In this document: positions 11,445-23,817 of the stretch, piece after piece
How positions within the stretch are numbered: position 1 is the stretch's first letter
How the letters are laid out: each line of letters begins with the position of its first letter
Source: Octopus sinensis
Lineage: Eukaryota
Assembly (NCBI RefSeq): GCF_006345805.1
Contig: NC_043014.1
Location: 23,808,001-23,872,000, forward strand
Reading direction: 5' to 3'
DNA length: 64,000 bases
Position numbers and translations under genes: made by a program
Notes under the pieces: model-generated
Database searches by the model: none
Seen by the model: the letters and a program-made list of their open reading frames with translations, nothing else
What the model was told of the DNA's origin: nothing

Positions 11445-13493
11445 CCCTTTCGTTACATTTTTTTTATTTTTTAAATACATCCCTTATGTGTTTCAATTAA
11501 TTTCTACCATAATCATAAATTTAGTCTGGTTTCATTAAACAACTATAACTTTTTTATTTATCAATATATTAACGTAAATTTTGGAAGATAATTTAATGAA
11601 ATGTTCTCAACCAAATTCTATACTATAATTTTTGTCACAAAGTGACTCTAATTGCAGGTAGATACAGGTAAATTCAACAAAATATAAAATTATTAAAATT
11701 TTGTTCAAACATCGCTATAGAAAATGGGTTATTAGCTAATATTCAATTGGGTATACAACAAAATTTTATGATAGAATTTGTTATTCTGGGTAACTTTCTG
11801 ATACCCATAATAATATTTATGGCAAAATAGTCTTAATTTCATTTAAGGTTGTGGGAAACCACTAACTATCCTTTCTTTCACTTTGTTTACATTTAGCGTA
11901 ACGGTTCGTTTCCGCCGTAATGATTTCAAATAGGCTCATTTGAAAAAGTAAAAAGAAATAGTCCAAGGCTTTACTCTTGTGGTGTGAACGATGAAAGAGG
12001 ACAACAGAAAAAAGGAGAATGGAAATACAATCAGGCCTTACCTTGGCGAAGATTAGTTCAGATCCCTCTCAGTCAGCTTGATACGTCTGGTGCCTTCGTC
12101 GTCTCAATTGCAACTTGTCGATCCCACACGTGCGTCGTCGCTCGCCGCTTCCTGCCGTGCATGCGCCCTGCAAGCCCTACTTCCACCCTCCCCAATCTGT
12201 CATCCTCTCATCAACACCTACAGATCTACAGATCACTGAACCGGCTTTCTCACTCGCTCCCTGCTCCCGCACCATAACTGGTTTCATAATCAGCCAACCA
12301 GGGAGGAGGGTGCCATTCCCTCTGTGGTTGCAGTGCGACCCTAGGACTTGTTCCTGGTGTGTTGCTGCTGGCCTCGTCATCCTGTCTACTGCTGTTGTTT
12401 TCGTCTTGCCCACTGCTGCTGGTCCCATTCTCTGAGGCATGGACTATCCTCCGTGCTAAGTTGATCCGTCTCCACCATCTCTAAATATAACGCCAACGCC
12501 GGGCCATCCAAGTACAGCGGCATGAAGCTCGCCAGGTCACCTATACCATGGAGCTTCGCCACCAACTTCACTCTCTTCAACCAAGCGACCACATCTGTGT
12601 CGCCGCAAAGCGGTGTTATAAGTTCGTGTGAAACCCGAGAACTCTGCATCATTTTTATTTATAAAACCAATTGTTTATATGCCGAAATAGCTTGTGGTGT
12701 GAACAATGAAAGAGGACAACTGAAAAAAGGAGAATGGAAATACAATCAGGCCTTACCTCGGCGAAGATTAGTTCAGATCCCTCTCAGTCAGCTCGATACG
12801 TCTGGTGCCTTCGTCATCTCAATTGCAACTCGTCGATCCCACACGTGCGTCATCGCTCGCTGCTTCCGCTTCCTGCTGCGCATGCGCCCTGCAAGCCCCA
12901 CTTCCACCCTCCCCTATCTGTCATCCTCTCACCAACACCACAACTCTCCTGGGAAAGTATGTGGCTTGGTCCAGTTTCTTCAGAAAAATCACCGAAAGAA
13001 ACAGTTTTTAAATTTTCACTCCATTCAGGTGCCAATTCATTTTCTTTATCGCTGTCGGAGCTCTCGGATTCACTGTTTTCACTTTCGGAAAATGAAACAT
13101 CAGATTCATTATCAAATACCACGTGCTTTTTTTTTTCAGTCATAGAGTTAGATTTATGAAGGTCTTCAGTAGAAAATTCTTCGAATTCTGACTCGCTGCT
13201 TGATATAATGAAATTCGTATCCATTTTTTGTCAGAATTACAAATTTTGAAAACACAATAGGAACAAATTTCGGAAAAAAATCTCCCAAAATTCACGGAAT
13301 TAAAATTACATTTCGATTGTTGTACAAAACTGTAGTTGAACTGTTTACGAAGTATAATACGTGTTTTCACGAATGTACTAAATAGATTTGCTCTGATATT
13401 CTCATTTAAATATGAACAGGTAAATACGGGCGGTTTGGTCACATTAACCAAAATTTTTTTCGGGCGGCTTTGGGCGGTTTGGTAACGAAAGGG
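11445..13493 (-). mobile_element. Non-autonomous piggyBac (internally deleted), copy 1, carrying an LTR insertion
   Basis: TIR CCCTTTCGTTAC/GTAACGAAAGGG; flanks TTAA and TTAT; transposase N-terminus MDTNFIISSS..; colinear with 59235-60300. Confidence 0.92.
11978..12942 (-). mobile_element. 965-bp deleted Ty3/Gypsy LTR element (LTRs 11978-12222 and 12693-12942; gag fragment)
   Basis: TG..CA LTRs with about a dozen substitutions and 2 indels; 5-bp TSD ACTCT; gag-like ORF 12386-12652 (DVVAWLKRVKLVAKL..FMPLYLDGPALALYLEM). Confidence 0.93.
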
Positions 13494-13497
13494 TTAT

Positions 13498-16400
13498 CTG
13501 TTGTTTAGCTAATGTAAATGGTAACTTCACCTAATGAGGAAAAGGTAACTCTTAGTATAAATAGGTATATGATGTGGATCTTCAGTTATTATTTTTGCCT
13601 TAATGACTTTTTCTTGAATGTCTTGAATAACTAAGCATATACCATTACAGATGCCATTAGCTTGATCAATTGTATGGAAGAAACTAATTACTGCATTAGT
13701 CTTTAATTTTAATGTAGGTAACAATGATAAGCCTGAAATATTCAGCATATTTAAGTACTCTGTGGTAAATTCCAAGGGGTTACCCTGATGCAAACATTGA
13801 CATGACTTAAGAGAACCTTTTCATCTCCTGGAAACAGTATTTTCTCATTAATGAGATTAACATCAATATTTTGGTGTGCTAAAACAATTTTTGAAAATCT
13901 TTCTGGCTCTGTATGACATTTTTTTCAAAACCAATGAGATGAAGTCATTGAGATCATGAACAATGTTACATTCCTGAGTTGTAATAATTTCATCATTTGC
14001 TTCTTCAACAGAACCATTTCCAACATGAAGTATAAAGTTGTTGAATTGAATTTGGTTGCTTTGATCTTCTGAATTCTATGCATATGATTTTAATTGCATA
14101 TTTTCTGCCAGTTGAATTTTTTTTTTACTTGTTTCCATAAAGATGAATTATTAAAGCCATTGTCTACAATGTGTGGCCTGTTTCCAAGTTTAATGACAGA
14201 TAATATTTGTGAAAAGTCCTCACCAAAAGTTATTACTTTTCCTCCAAATAGAACATGTTCAAACTTGGGGTGAACTGTTTCCATAAGATCTCTCAATGTT
14301 CTACCAAATGCATCTAAGAGGAAACGCTGGGGCATTCATCCTAAATTATAGCATCAGCCTGAATGATGTAAGTTACTTTGTCACTTTGTATAGACACATT
14401 GCATGTGGCATCACAAACTAGATTGAAGGGAGAAAGCAGAATGAACCATTGTGCCCCAACAAGTAGCAATGCAGCTATAGCAGATGATGAAGTTGTTATT
14501 ACAATCTTTCCTTCTTTGTGAATATAGGAGATAATGACACTATAGAGAAAAGTTTTACCTGTCCCACTTGTCTGTCAATAAACAAATTTTAGAAATGAGT
14601 CTTGTGACTGCAAGTATCTACTTTTGAATTGTGAATTGCCTCTTTAATGATCTAGGATGTTGCTTGTTGATCACAATTTAATTTTTTGACATTTTCATCA
14701 AAGAAGCTCTTTGGTTCAATCTATGGAAAATCTCTAAGACCTTGCAGAATGGATGTGTTGCCTGTTCTAATGTTGAACCATTTTCTCTTAAAAGTTCTGG
14801 TTTTATTGTAATGTATGTTGTTGTATGCTATCTTTGATATTGTCTGCTTCTAAAGTAGTCATTTGATTTTCTGAAAGTTGCCTTTCAAATGCTGTAAATA
14901 ATTTGTCAGAGCATTTACAATTTGCTGAAACATTTACAAACTCCATAATTACATAGTATTCACAGTCATCATGTGCTAAGCCCAGTTTCATTGCAGCCTC
15001 TAAATATAGAAAACTATACCATTAATAGTTCTTATATCTTCAAATGATATAGCTCCAGGATTATGATGCAATAAAGCTCTCAGAATTGCTCCTGTTCCTT
15101 TGGTGAAACAAAGTAGATATACCCAATTGCATGAGTATTATTTTTTCTGAAATACCACATTTTCTAATTATTTTTCCATGTGTGAAATTCAGGGAAAGGT
15201 TCAAATGACTTAGCTGGTTAACTCACATCCATTCAGCGAGGGTGGACTTGCCGTATATTGTCATCATCATTAAAGTAAATGTATTGCTGTTGGGGTAAAT
15301 GAGCCAGATGCTGTTGGACTGGAGGATAGAATCATGTAATTTGAAACCCCAAATCCTCGAGACTGCCTCTGATGAGGATACGTAATAGCCATTAATATAA
15401 TTTTCAATTACATCTTTGTATGTTTCTGTGTATTGTGCATTAGTTTGTCCACTAATATTGGCTGTCACCCAATTACAACCTTTATGAATATATTTGCTAA
15501 TATATTTAACTGATTTTACAGCCACACATATCTCTACATTTATAATGACTCTGTATTTGACTAAAAAGAAGGTGAATATGGTACTACTGAACAATTATCT
15601 AATATAACATTTGACTTTGTAAATGTAGGACCATTATTTCAACATCAGAAAAATAGCTGTTATAACTGTGTTTTGTATATTCCTGAAAGTCTTTAGGGAA
15701 ATGTTGTATTGGATTTATCTCTCCCACATGGTGGCGTGTTGAGATAGAATTTGATGTGTTTGTGGATTTGGAAGTTCTGCATAAACAAAGTTTTCATAAT
15801 GTTTTGGATCTAATATGAACAACGTGACAACGGGGAAGGCCATGTTTTTGAAACTCCGTAGACTATTTGTACCCTGCAATCTATCCCAAAATGTTCTCCA
15901 AAATACCATGTAAGAGATCCCTAAGTTACATATTAAATATTTTGTCAGTTAAGTCTGGTCTATCAGGTGGTATCTGTCTGTCTCTTTTTCTCTCCACTGG
16001 GGGTTACAGGTGAATGTAATGAAGAAATTTGGTTTCCCTAACTTTTGAATAATTGCCATTGAATCTTGGTATAGTTTCTGCATCCATCGTAGACCTCCTA
16101 TGAATGTTGGAAGTATAATTATTCTTTTGCCTATATTTGAGCTATGGGAATATATGTAACCATGAATATTTTGATACATTTCTGCCCTGATTTTTATTTT
16201 ATTTTATTTTTTTTATTATATCAAATCTACTGTAACCTTACTTCTTCAACCTTGGAATACATATCACAGAAATCTGAATTGTGAAGGAAATGAAAATTAT
16301 GTTCCTGAACAATGAGCCTATATTTGTAAAAATCCATCTGTGATATTTTATGACTCTTACCTCTAACATTAAAAGTTGACTCTATATCTCCTATCACCAA

Positions 16401-16800
16401 ATGGAAATAGCAATGAGAACGGCAGTGAGTCATAATTTGGATGCATCGAGTTGATTACTGCATATCCTTTATGCAGTGTCAGGAGTCTCTGTGGTTGTAG
16501 TTTCAAATTCGCATGTGGCATAATTACTGCAACTTCTGCAGCGAGACAATTGCATGTTTGTCAGATGTAGGAATGTTTGTCTTTAAGAATACCCATTGAG
16601 AACTCTTGTGTATTAACAGTGTCTAAATATTCTGCACTGTTATTTTGCTGAGGCTGAGACTTTTGAGAGGTCCTGGTCCTTTGTCATCTCATCCTATAGT
16701 CCTGAGATCAACCTTCACCACTTCATTCCAGTCTCCCAGTAAGGTGTGTTTTAAAGGAGATTTGGTTGCTATTTTTAGCGTGTTGAGTGACCATATAGAG
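13498..16800 (-). mobile_element. Decayed autonomous Helitron (Rep + PIF1 helicase pseudogene)
   Basis: Fragments GKRIILPTFIGG..KLGKPNFFITFTCNPQW, INVEIC..KSVKYI.KYIHKG, YVSSSEAV.RI, FGGKVITFGEDF.QIL, EYLN.LNISGL..LKLK. Confidence 0.92.
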
Positions 16801-16944
16801 GTCTTACATGTTGATGTGTCTCTGTTAGATCAGGGTTAATGTACCGTACCCATTTGAAATTTTTTAAAATTATGTTAATGGAACATGCAATTATAAAGCA
16901 AGGGATGGACATCGCAGTTAGGAAGCACCAACAAGTTGGAATTT

Positions 16945-17695
16945 TTCCATTTTGATGGAGTTTTTCAGATTTATTTTTTGACGGTGCCCTTGGAAATAAT
17001 CTGGAGCATCTTTTTAACAAAAAATATTTTTTGGAAAATGCTTTTTTTAACCCCCTGCTCATCTTCATCTCTCTGGACTGATTTTGGTTGATTTCATGAG
17101 CACCACACACAATGACTTTTTGGGAGCACTGTACACTTAAAAATTATACGAGAAGCTGTTAAGGTAAAAAAAAAAAGTAAATATTTTAAAACAGAAAGAT
17201 GTATGATTAAAGAGAGGTTTTGCTGTTGTTTCTAGCATATCCCATGGCCATCTTCCTCGTTTCTTTCTCACTCTGACAAGTATTGATGTTTTTCAATATT
17301 TTCTCTCCATTAATAGCATAAACTCATTCACGGTATTAAAAAAAATTTTCTTGAAAATCTATGACTTTTATCAAACCTAAACTTTACAGGTCATGGAATA
17401 TGCTAGAAACCACAGCCAAATATTCCTTAAATAACACACTTTTACGTCTGAAAATATGTCCATTTGTTTTTACCAAAAACGCTTCTCCTGTAGTTTATAT
17501 GTACATAGTACTAAAAAAAAACCATTGTGCATAATGCCCACAAAATTGACCAAATTCGGTCCAGAGAAGAGATGAGTGGGGGGAGGGTTAAAAAAAAACA
17601 ATTTTTTGAAAAATTTTTTTTATAAAAAAGATGCTCCAGATCATTTCCAAGGCCACTGTGAAGAAAAAATCTGAAAAATTCCCATCAAAACAAAT
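16945..17695. repeat. Nested inverted repeats (foldback/MITE-like)
   Basis: 16945-17135 is a diverged reverse complement of 17495-17695; inner IR at 17221-17250/17389-17416. Confidence 0.55.
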
Positions 17696-17904
17696 CCTTC
17701 GAATTTAACTAAATTCTCTATTATTATGCAGCTGAAGAATGCTCTACATTTTAAATTGATGTAATGTTCAATTAAACGGAGTCGCATGAGACGATTGTAC
17801 TGCATTACCTCTGGATATCCTTGTTGCTTATTTTGATTATAATTTTGGATTATATGGATAATACCATACTAAATTCTGGTGCCTTTAACTTAAGTACCAT
17901 ATTC

Positions 17905-18315
17905 ATCATCATCATCATTTAATGTCCACTTTCCATCCTAGCATATGGGCTGGACGATTTGACTCAGGACTGGGGAACCAGATGGCTGCGCAAGGCTCCA
18001 ATCTGATCTGGCAGAGTTTCTACAGCTGGATGCCCTTCATAATGCCAACCACTCTGAGAGTGTAGTGGGTGCTTTTATGTGCCACCGGCATGAGGGCCAG
18101 TCAGGCGGTACTGGCAACAGCCACGCTCGAAATGGTGTATTTTACATGCCACCTGCACAGGAGTCAGTCCAGCAGCACTTGCAATGACCTCACTCAAATT
18201 TTTTGTTTAACGTGCCAGTGAGGTGACACTGGTAATGATCACACTCAAATGGTGCTTTTTACGTGCAACAAGCACGGAGGTGATTATCACGCTCAAATGG
18301 TGCTTTTTACATGCC
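17905..18315 (-). mobile_element. RTE 3' UTR fragment with tandem sub-repeats
   Basis: catcatcatcatttaatgtcc tail; repeated cacgctc..aatggtg.ttttac.tgcca units. Confidence 0.8.
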
Positions 18316-18450
18316 AAATTTTACTGAACTTATAGATATAAATATTTCAGCATATCTACACAAGTGTGCCCCAATGATTTGATTCTTGCTTTGGATCATG
18401 TACATTCTGATTAAATTGGAATTCATTTCACACCATTAGGCTTTGTTGTA

Positions 18451-18482
<32 letters not shown>

Positions 18483-19879
18483 CTTTATTTAAAAGCAGCA
18501 GAAATTCAACAAAACCTGTTACTTGGAGTTTCACGTTCCCATTCGTTGGACAGTTTTGTTCAAATATATATATATATATGTATAATGTGGGTGTATACAT
18601 ATTGTTTTAATTATATCTTTATACATGCATATGTACATAAAAATCTGGTACACAGTTGGTTACAATGATCACAAATATCCAAAACTTTACCACTCTTCCA
18701 ACTTCCTTTTTCCTCTTAAAAAGAAAGCTTTTGTCTACTTGGATTCAGGCCACCCAATTTCTTCTTGTCTTTCACAATTTTTTGGGTACATATTTCCCTG
18801 CAAAATTCATACGACTGTCTGCTAATATTGCTGATAGACATGCAGCATGTCACTGGCACTTCACCTATAAAGTCCAGGATTATGTGAAAATGTGTGAAGA
18901 CCATTGATTGACTTTTTTCCATAAGGTACTAAAAGAGAATGACTCTCCTCAGACACAACAGAATATGCTTCAACACACGAACTCATATAAAGAATCTTGC
19001 AAACCAAATCCAAAAACGAAAAGTAATAAAAAGTTATTTGGAAATTACAAAGAGAAATGAATGGTAGATTCGGACTGTCCATATTTTAAAACCTTGAAAT
19101 AAAAAAAATAGGAAAACAGCAGAAAGTTTTGGAATTAAGGGTGGAGGATTACAACTCCCAAAAATTTTTTTGCATAATCATATTAATTCCGTTAAGACAG
19201 AATTGAAAAAATTCTGTAAAAATTCATAAAAATAAAAAAGTTATGAAGGTTTTAGCACATGCTTACATCATAACTCTGCTGAGAGAACTTAAGTTTCTAG
19301 ATTTGACTGTTTTGTACTAAAATGAAAGGGTGAAATGAGAAATCTAGAGAAATTAAGCAACTAATTAATTGATTAGAGTACTGAAATGAACTGCTGCACA
19401 GATGCACATCCGAATGGTATAAACTACAAAAAATTTTCACAAATCCATGCGCTTAACAAGCATAAATGTAAATAAAGCAACTTTGGCTACAATATTGTGG
19501 TTTGTAAAAGTAAAAACACCTTACTTTTAGCTACAAATGATTTCTTCTAGTAGTCAATACTTATGTCCATTCAAAATTATTGGTAAATTTTGGAAAGTAC
19601 ACCCACAAGAGTTCCACTAAGAAAAAAAAAAAGAAACCTTGGATTTTTTTGCATGGAATCTAGTACCCCGACCTCCTAACGTGTCGCAAACCCCTTAATT
19701 TTGTTTGGAAAAGAAGGGGTAGTTGGAAACTGGGCCCTCCTCCATCCCATAATCATTGGAATTTTTTTTTTCATTGAAAGAATTACAGTGACCTAATGTG
19801 CCACAAAATACTTTTTTGTCCAGAAAACAGGGTGGGGGTGTTGCAGAAGCCTCAGAAATCCCCCCCCCCCGGTTTTCAA

Positions 19880-20564
19880 AATTTTGCGTGTGGAAACAGG
19901 TAATTCTGAATACTACAACCAGCATTTCACAATCAATGTTTGGGTAGTTTGTCAAAGGCTTTTGATGCAAATGCCACAGGTTTGCCATCTTGTACGATAG
20001 CAGCTCCAAGTCCTTTTAAAGAGTTGTCTACCTCAAGTCTTGTTGATTTCTTTGGGTCAAAGAACCTGATGTTTGTTTTCTCTGAAATGGTTGCTTTAAT
20101 TTTTCCAAAGCAGTGTATGTGGTCTTCAGCCAACTCAAAAGGTATATTTTTTCTTGAGGAGGTTTCTTAATGGTTGTGCTTCCATGCTAAAGTTTGGAAT
20201 GAATGTTGCAAGGTGATTCATCATTCCCAAGAACTTTTGCTTGGTCTGGCCTGATACCATCTTTGGAATAAATAAATCCAAAGAAAGAGATTTCAGGTTG
20301 ACAAATGTGGCATTTGTCCGAGTTGAATACCAATCCAGATTCTTTTGCTTTTTCCATGAGTCTTTGTAGATTTCTGTCATGCTCTTCTTCATCTTTGCCA
20401 TGGGCAGCAATGTCATCATTTATTCCAAAAACCCTTGGGAGCTCTTCAATGATTTCGTCCATTCTAGCTTGAAAGATATGAGATACCTTTAGACCCAATG
20501 GCAATCTAGTCCAAACAGTATCTTCCAAATGGGGTCCTGAAGGTTGTGAGCAGCTGACTTTCTT
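19880..20564 (-). pseudogene. Ty3/Gypsy RT C-terminal half + RNase H
   Basis: QLLTTFRTPFGRYC, RLPLGL, FGINDDI, DKCH, LEVD.SLKGLGAAIVQDGKPVAFASKA, NYPNIDCEML. Confidence 0.88.
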
Positions 20565-21006
20565 AATCACAATACACTGTGATCATGTCACAACAATCGA
20601 AGGCCTGAAAGAAACATACCCAACTCTTTTCAAGAGCCTGGGCAACTTCAAAGAACCCACACAAGTGTACATAAAAGCAGGGTTGGAACCCTTCATTGAT
20701 CCACCTCGGAAATGCTCAGTTCACCTGAAAAATAAGCTCAAGATGAACTCTAGAAGATGGAAGAAATGAGGGTCATCAAGTCTGTGAAACACAGTACAGA
20801 TTGGTTTTCAAGCATGGCATATTCTGTTAAAAAGATGGATCACTTCGCATCTGTATCAACCCACAAAAACTTAATCAAGCACTGAAAAGATGCCCCCACA
20901 AAATCCTAACAGTGGAAGAGTTGAACACTCAGTTTGCTGGTTCTAGCGTTTCAGCAAACTAGATGCAAAGGCAGGATACTGGCCAGTTAATCTGGATGAA
21001 GAAAGT
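20565..21006 (+). pseudogene. Ty3/Gypsy RT N-terminal half (opposite strand to its C-terminal half)
   Basis: PFIDPPRKCSVHLK, GSLRICINPQKLNQALKR, KLDAKAGYWPVNLDEES. Confidence 0.85.
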
Positions 21007-21250
21007 GCCCTGCATACAAGTCCTGCAACTTCTGCAACAAAAAGGGTTACCGGAAAAAATTCTGTCGTCAACGGAACACAAAAGATAGAAAAAGAGTACA
21101 CAAAAAAATTCCACGATTTAGAATCAAGCAACAAGGCTCACACTGACTCAGAAGAGAACTGTGATCCCTACCACTACATACAAATTTCAAGCATACAAAA
21201 TGAAGCACTTGCAACATTGGATATATGTCGACTGAAAGAAAAAGGGATCT
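21003..21250 (+). pseudogene. Gypsy gag zinc-knuckle remnant
   Basis: KCPAYKSCNFCNKKGYRKKFCR fits CX2CX4(H>Y)X4C. Confidence 0.6.
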
Positions 21251-21579
21251 TTTCGGTTTGAACGGCCATCGCCGCAGTGGCGAGCAGACGTGCTGATTGT
21301 GACCATTCTGTAAATTTATATATCGATACTACATTTTCCTGTTTTTAAGGCGATCACTTAGAGTACTCCCTCACCTCGTGGTAGTGATAATGTAGCTATT
21401 GTTTAACCCCAGGTCAGCTTTAATCGAGCAGACCTATGATTCAATGCATTTCAACCGTGACCACCTCGTCTTTTATTCACTGTTCTCGTATTTTCTTACC
21501 TGTTTTAAAGACGTTAGTGCGATTAGAGAGAATTTAGCTGCTATGTCTAGCAGGCGATGGGACCATATAAAAGCTGTCA

Positions 21580-21940
21580 CATAGGCACGTGGTGATAAAG
21601 ATGAAAATACTGCTTCCTTCAAAGTAGATATTAACTTTCAAAGCTAAAATGGCGACATGTCATGTGTTATCCGACATTCTGCTTGAAATTTAATGTGAAT
21701 ATATTAAAACATTCAGTTTGTTAATTTTAATTGTATAAGATTAAAAAAAATTAAAGTACGGTCTCAAACAATAGGTTCTTAGATCTGCTTTATCGAGCAT
21801 GCGCAATTGAAAGGAAGTGCACTGATAGCAAAAACAAAAATAGTTTCCTAGAAATCTGTTTCATTTTCTTTCTGTATAAACAGACATTTATTAATATTGC
21901 GTATACATTTCTATAAACGCTGTTCTCTACACTGTAAGTT
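21580..21940 (+). promoter_or_regulatory. Candidate promoter and non-coding first exon
   Basis: Non-repeat, CpG-containing; CACGTG 21586, AAAATGGCG 21646, GCATGCGCA 21797, GGAAGTG 21813; donor-like act|GTAAGT at 21934. Confidence 0.35.
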
Positions 21941-23039
21941 ATTTATTTATTATTTTAAATCCTTTTGTGAGAAATAATTTCATATTTATCAAGCATGGCA
22001 TTCTCGCGCGCACTCAAGTAAAGTTTCTGGCATTCTTCGAAAGAATGCCCGTGTTTTATGTCTTTATAGATATTCGTTTTCATGTTGCAATAAACAGGTC
22101 ACCGAAATATTTCCAACATTAAGAATACATCAATTTCAATTATAGTTAGCATTTAAAAATCAAATTCAAGAATAAAATACTGAAATTTATATGTAAATAT
22201 ATACCTGAATTTAACAGTAAAAACATGTTGAAACTTCTAAGTATACATTATGTGCTGAAATGAATTGATAGGTCCACATATAACATCTCCAAGTACATCT
22301 TTCTTTGATGAAATTATGCTCATGTCTCATAGATGCAAATTTAATGTACAAATTTGTAATTAAATTATTGAATATTAATTGAAACGGCTATAAGAAGCTA
22401 AGTTGACCAATTTGTTAATAATAGTTAACTTATCTTCATTTTATTTTCTTCTTTTAACTATATATATATATATTGAGAGAGAGTACAGTAAAATAAACGT
22501 GAACTTTCGGCATCTTAATATTAATGTAGTAAAGCTAACTTTAAATATAATAAATTGCCTGAGTTTCAAAAAGACAAAGATCTTTTTAAAAATATCAGCT
22601 AAAATTTTGACAATATTTGAAAATAATGTATAAGATAATACTTTGCATTCTTTCGATATATATATTTTATCTTTCATTTCTTCCCAGTTCTCTACAGGGC
22701 AACGCGTGAGATAGATATAGAATGAAATTCTGTGATGTGATGCTTGGTTTGTTGCTGTATAAACCAGGTCAATTGTACACTTGAGTTTTGTATTTTAGCT
22801 CTATAGTTGTGTTGCTGTCGTTGTATGGGATTTAGTTTCAAAAGTTGTGGCAACACCAGCATATTGTCTCGAGATAAAGAGTGATGCGACTAGCATAAAC
22901 ACATAAAGGCTTATTTCGCCTCTGTACACGTAAACAAACCAGCTGAAACATCATTTGTAAAATTTTCGCGCTGTATTCTTGTATAACCATGTCTTTATAT
23001 TTTGGTAGGCTTTACCCGTAATTCAAACAACATTCAAGT

Positions 23040-23790
23040 TGAAATAACAGAAATTGGCGAAGTTATGCCCAGAAATTATTTGCCAAAAATACGTTACAAG
23101 CATCTCCGAAGATCAAATAAAGGAAAGACTTCGCCCCCCCCCTTTTCTCCCAAATTTGTTTATTTAAAAGATTTTTGGTTTCCAAAAACCGTAACCGTAA
23201 CTGCAGAAATGTTTTGAAACTTTTGTCCGAATCATAATGTCCGTATTTTTCCGCATACTTAGGAAAAAAAAATTCTTAAAAACAAATTTACAAAAATTTT
23301 TGGAAATTTTTTTCAGAATCCTCATCTCCGTATTTTCCCGCATATTTTGAAAAAATAAAATTCTAAAAATGATTTTTAAAAAATGAAGGAAATAGGGGTG
23401 GGGGTGGTAATTTAAAAATGCCGATTTTTACCAATTGTTTTGCAGATTCGTATTTCCCGTAGCCCAAAGGCAGTGGGGGGGGGGGGGTCGAAAAAAAGAA
23501 GAAGAATTTTAAAGAGGGGGACTTTCGGAAAAGTTCACAAGATCCGATTTTCCCGTCATGTATATTGATTTTTTTTTTTTTTTGTACTGAATCCCACGTT
23601 TTTGGTTATGGAGGATGAGATTCTGAAAAACAATTTCAGAAATCGCATTTTCAAAATTTCAATCCAATCCCCTCCCCCTTTCATTTTCCCCTTTTTCTGG
23701 AATTTTCTTTTTTTCTGAAATACGTAGACAAATACGAAGATTACGATAAAAAATTTGTTTGTAAAATTTCAATTTTTCAAAAATATATTT
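23040..23790. repeat. A/T-tract-rich repeat with internal direct and inverted sub-blocks
   Basis: Recurring ccgtattttcccg; cagaatcctcatctcc versus ggaggatgagattctg. Confidence 0.4.
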
Positions 23791-23817
23791 ATGTGTATAT
23801 GTATATATATATATATA

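Noticed and set aside
11984-13159. Several + strand ORFs across the LTRs
   Set aside because: Chance frames in GC-rich LTR sequence, duplicated with the LTR
18625-19082. Cluster of overlapping short ORFs on both strands
   Set aside because: No motif, no consistent splice signals or frame
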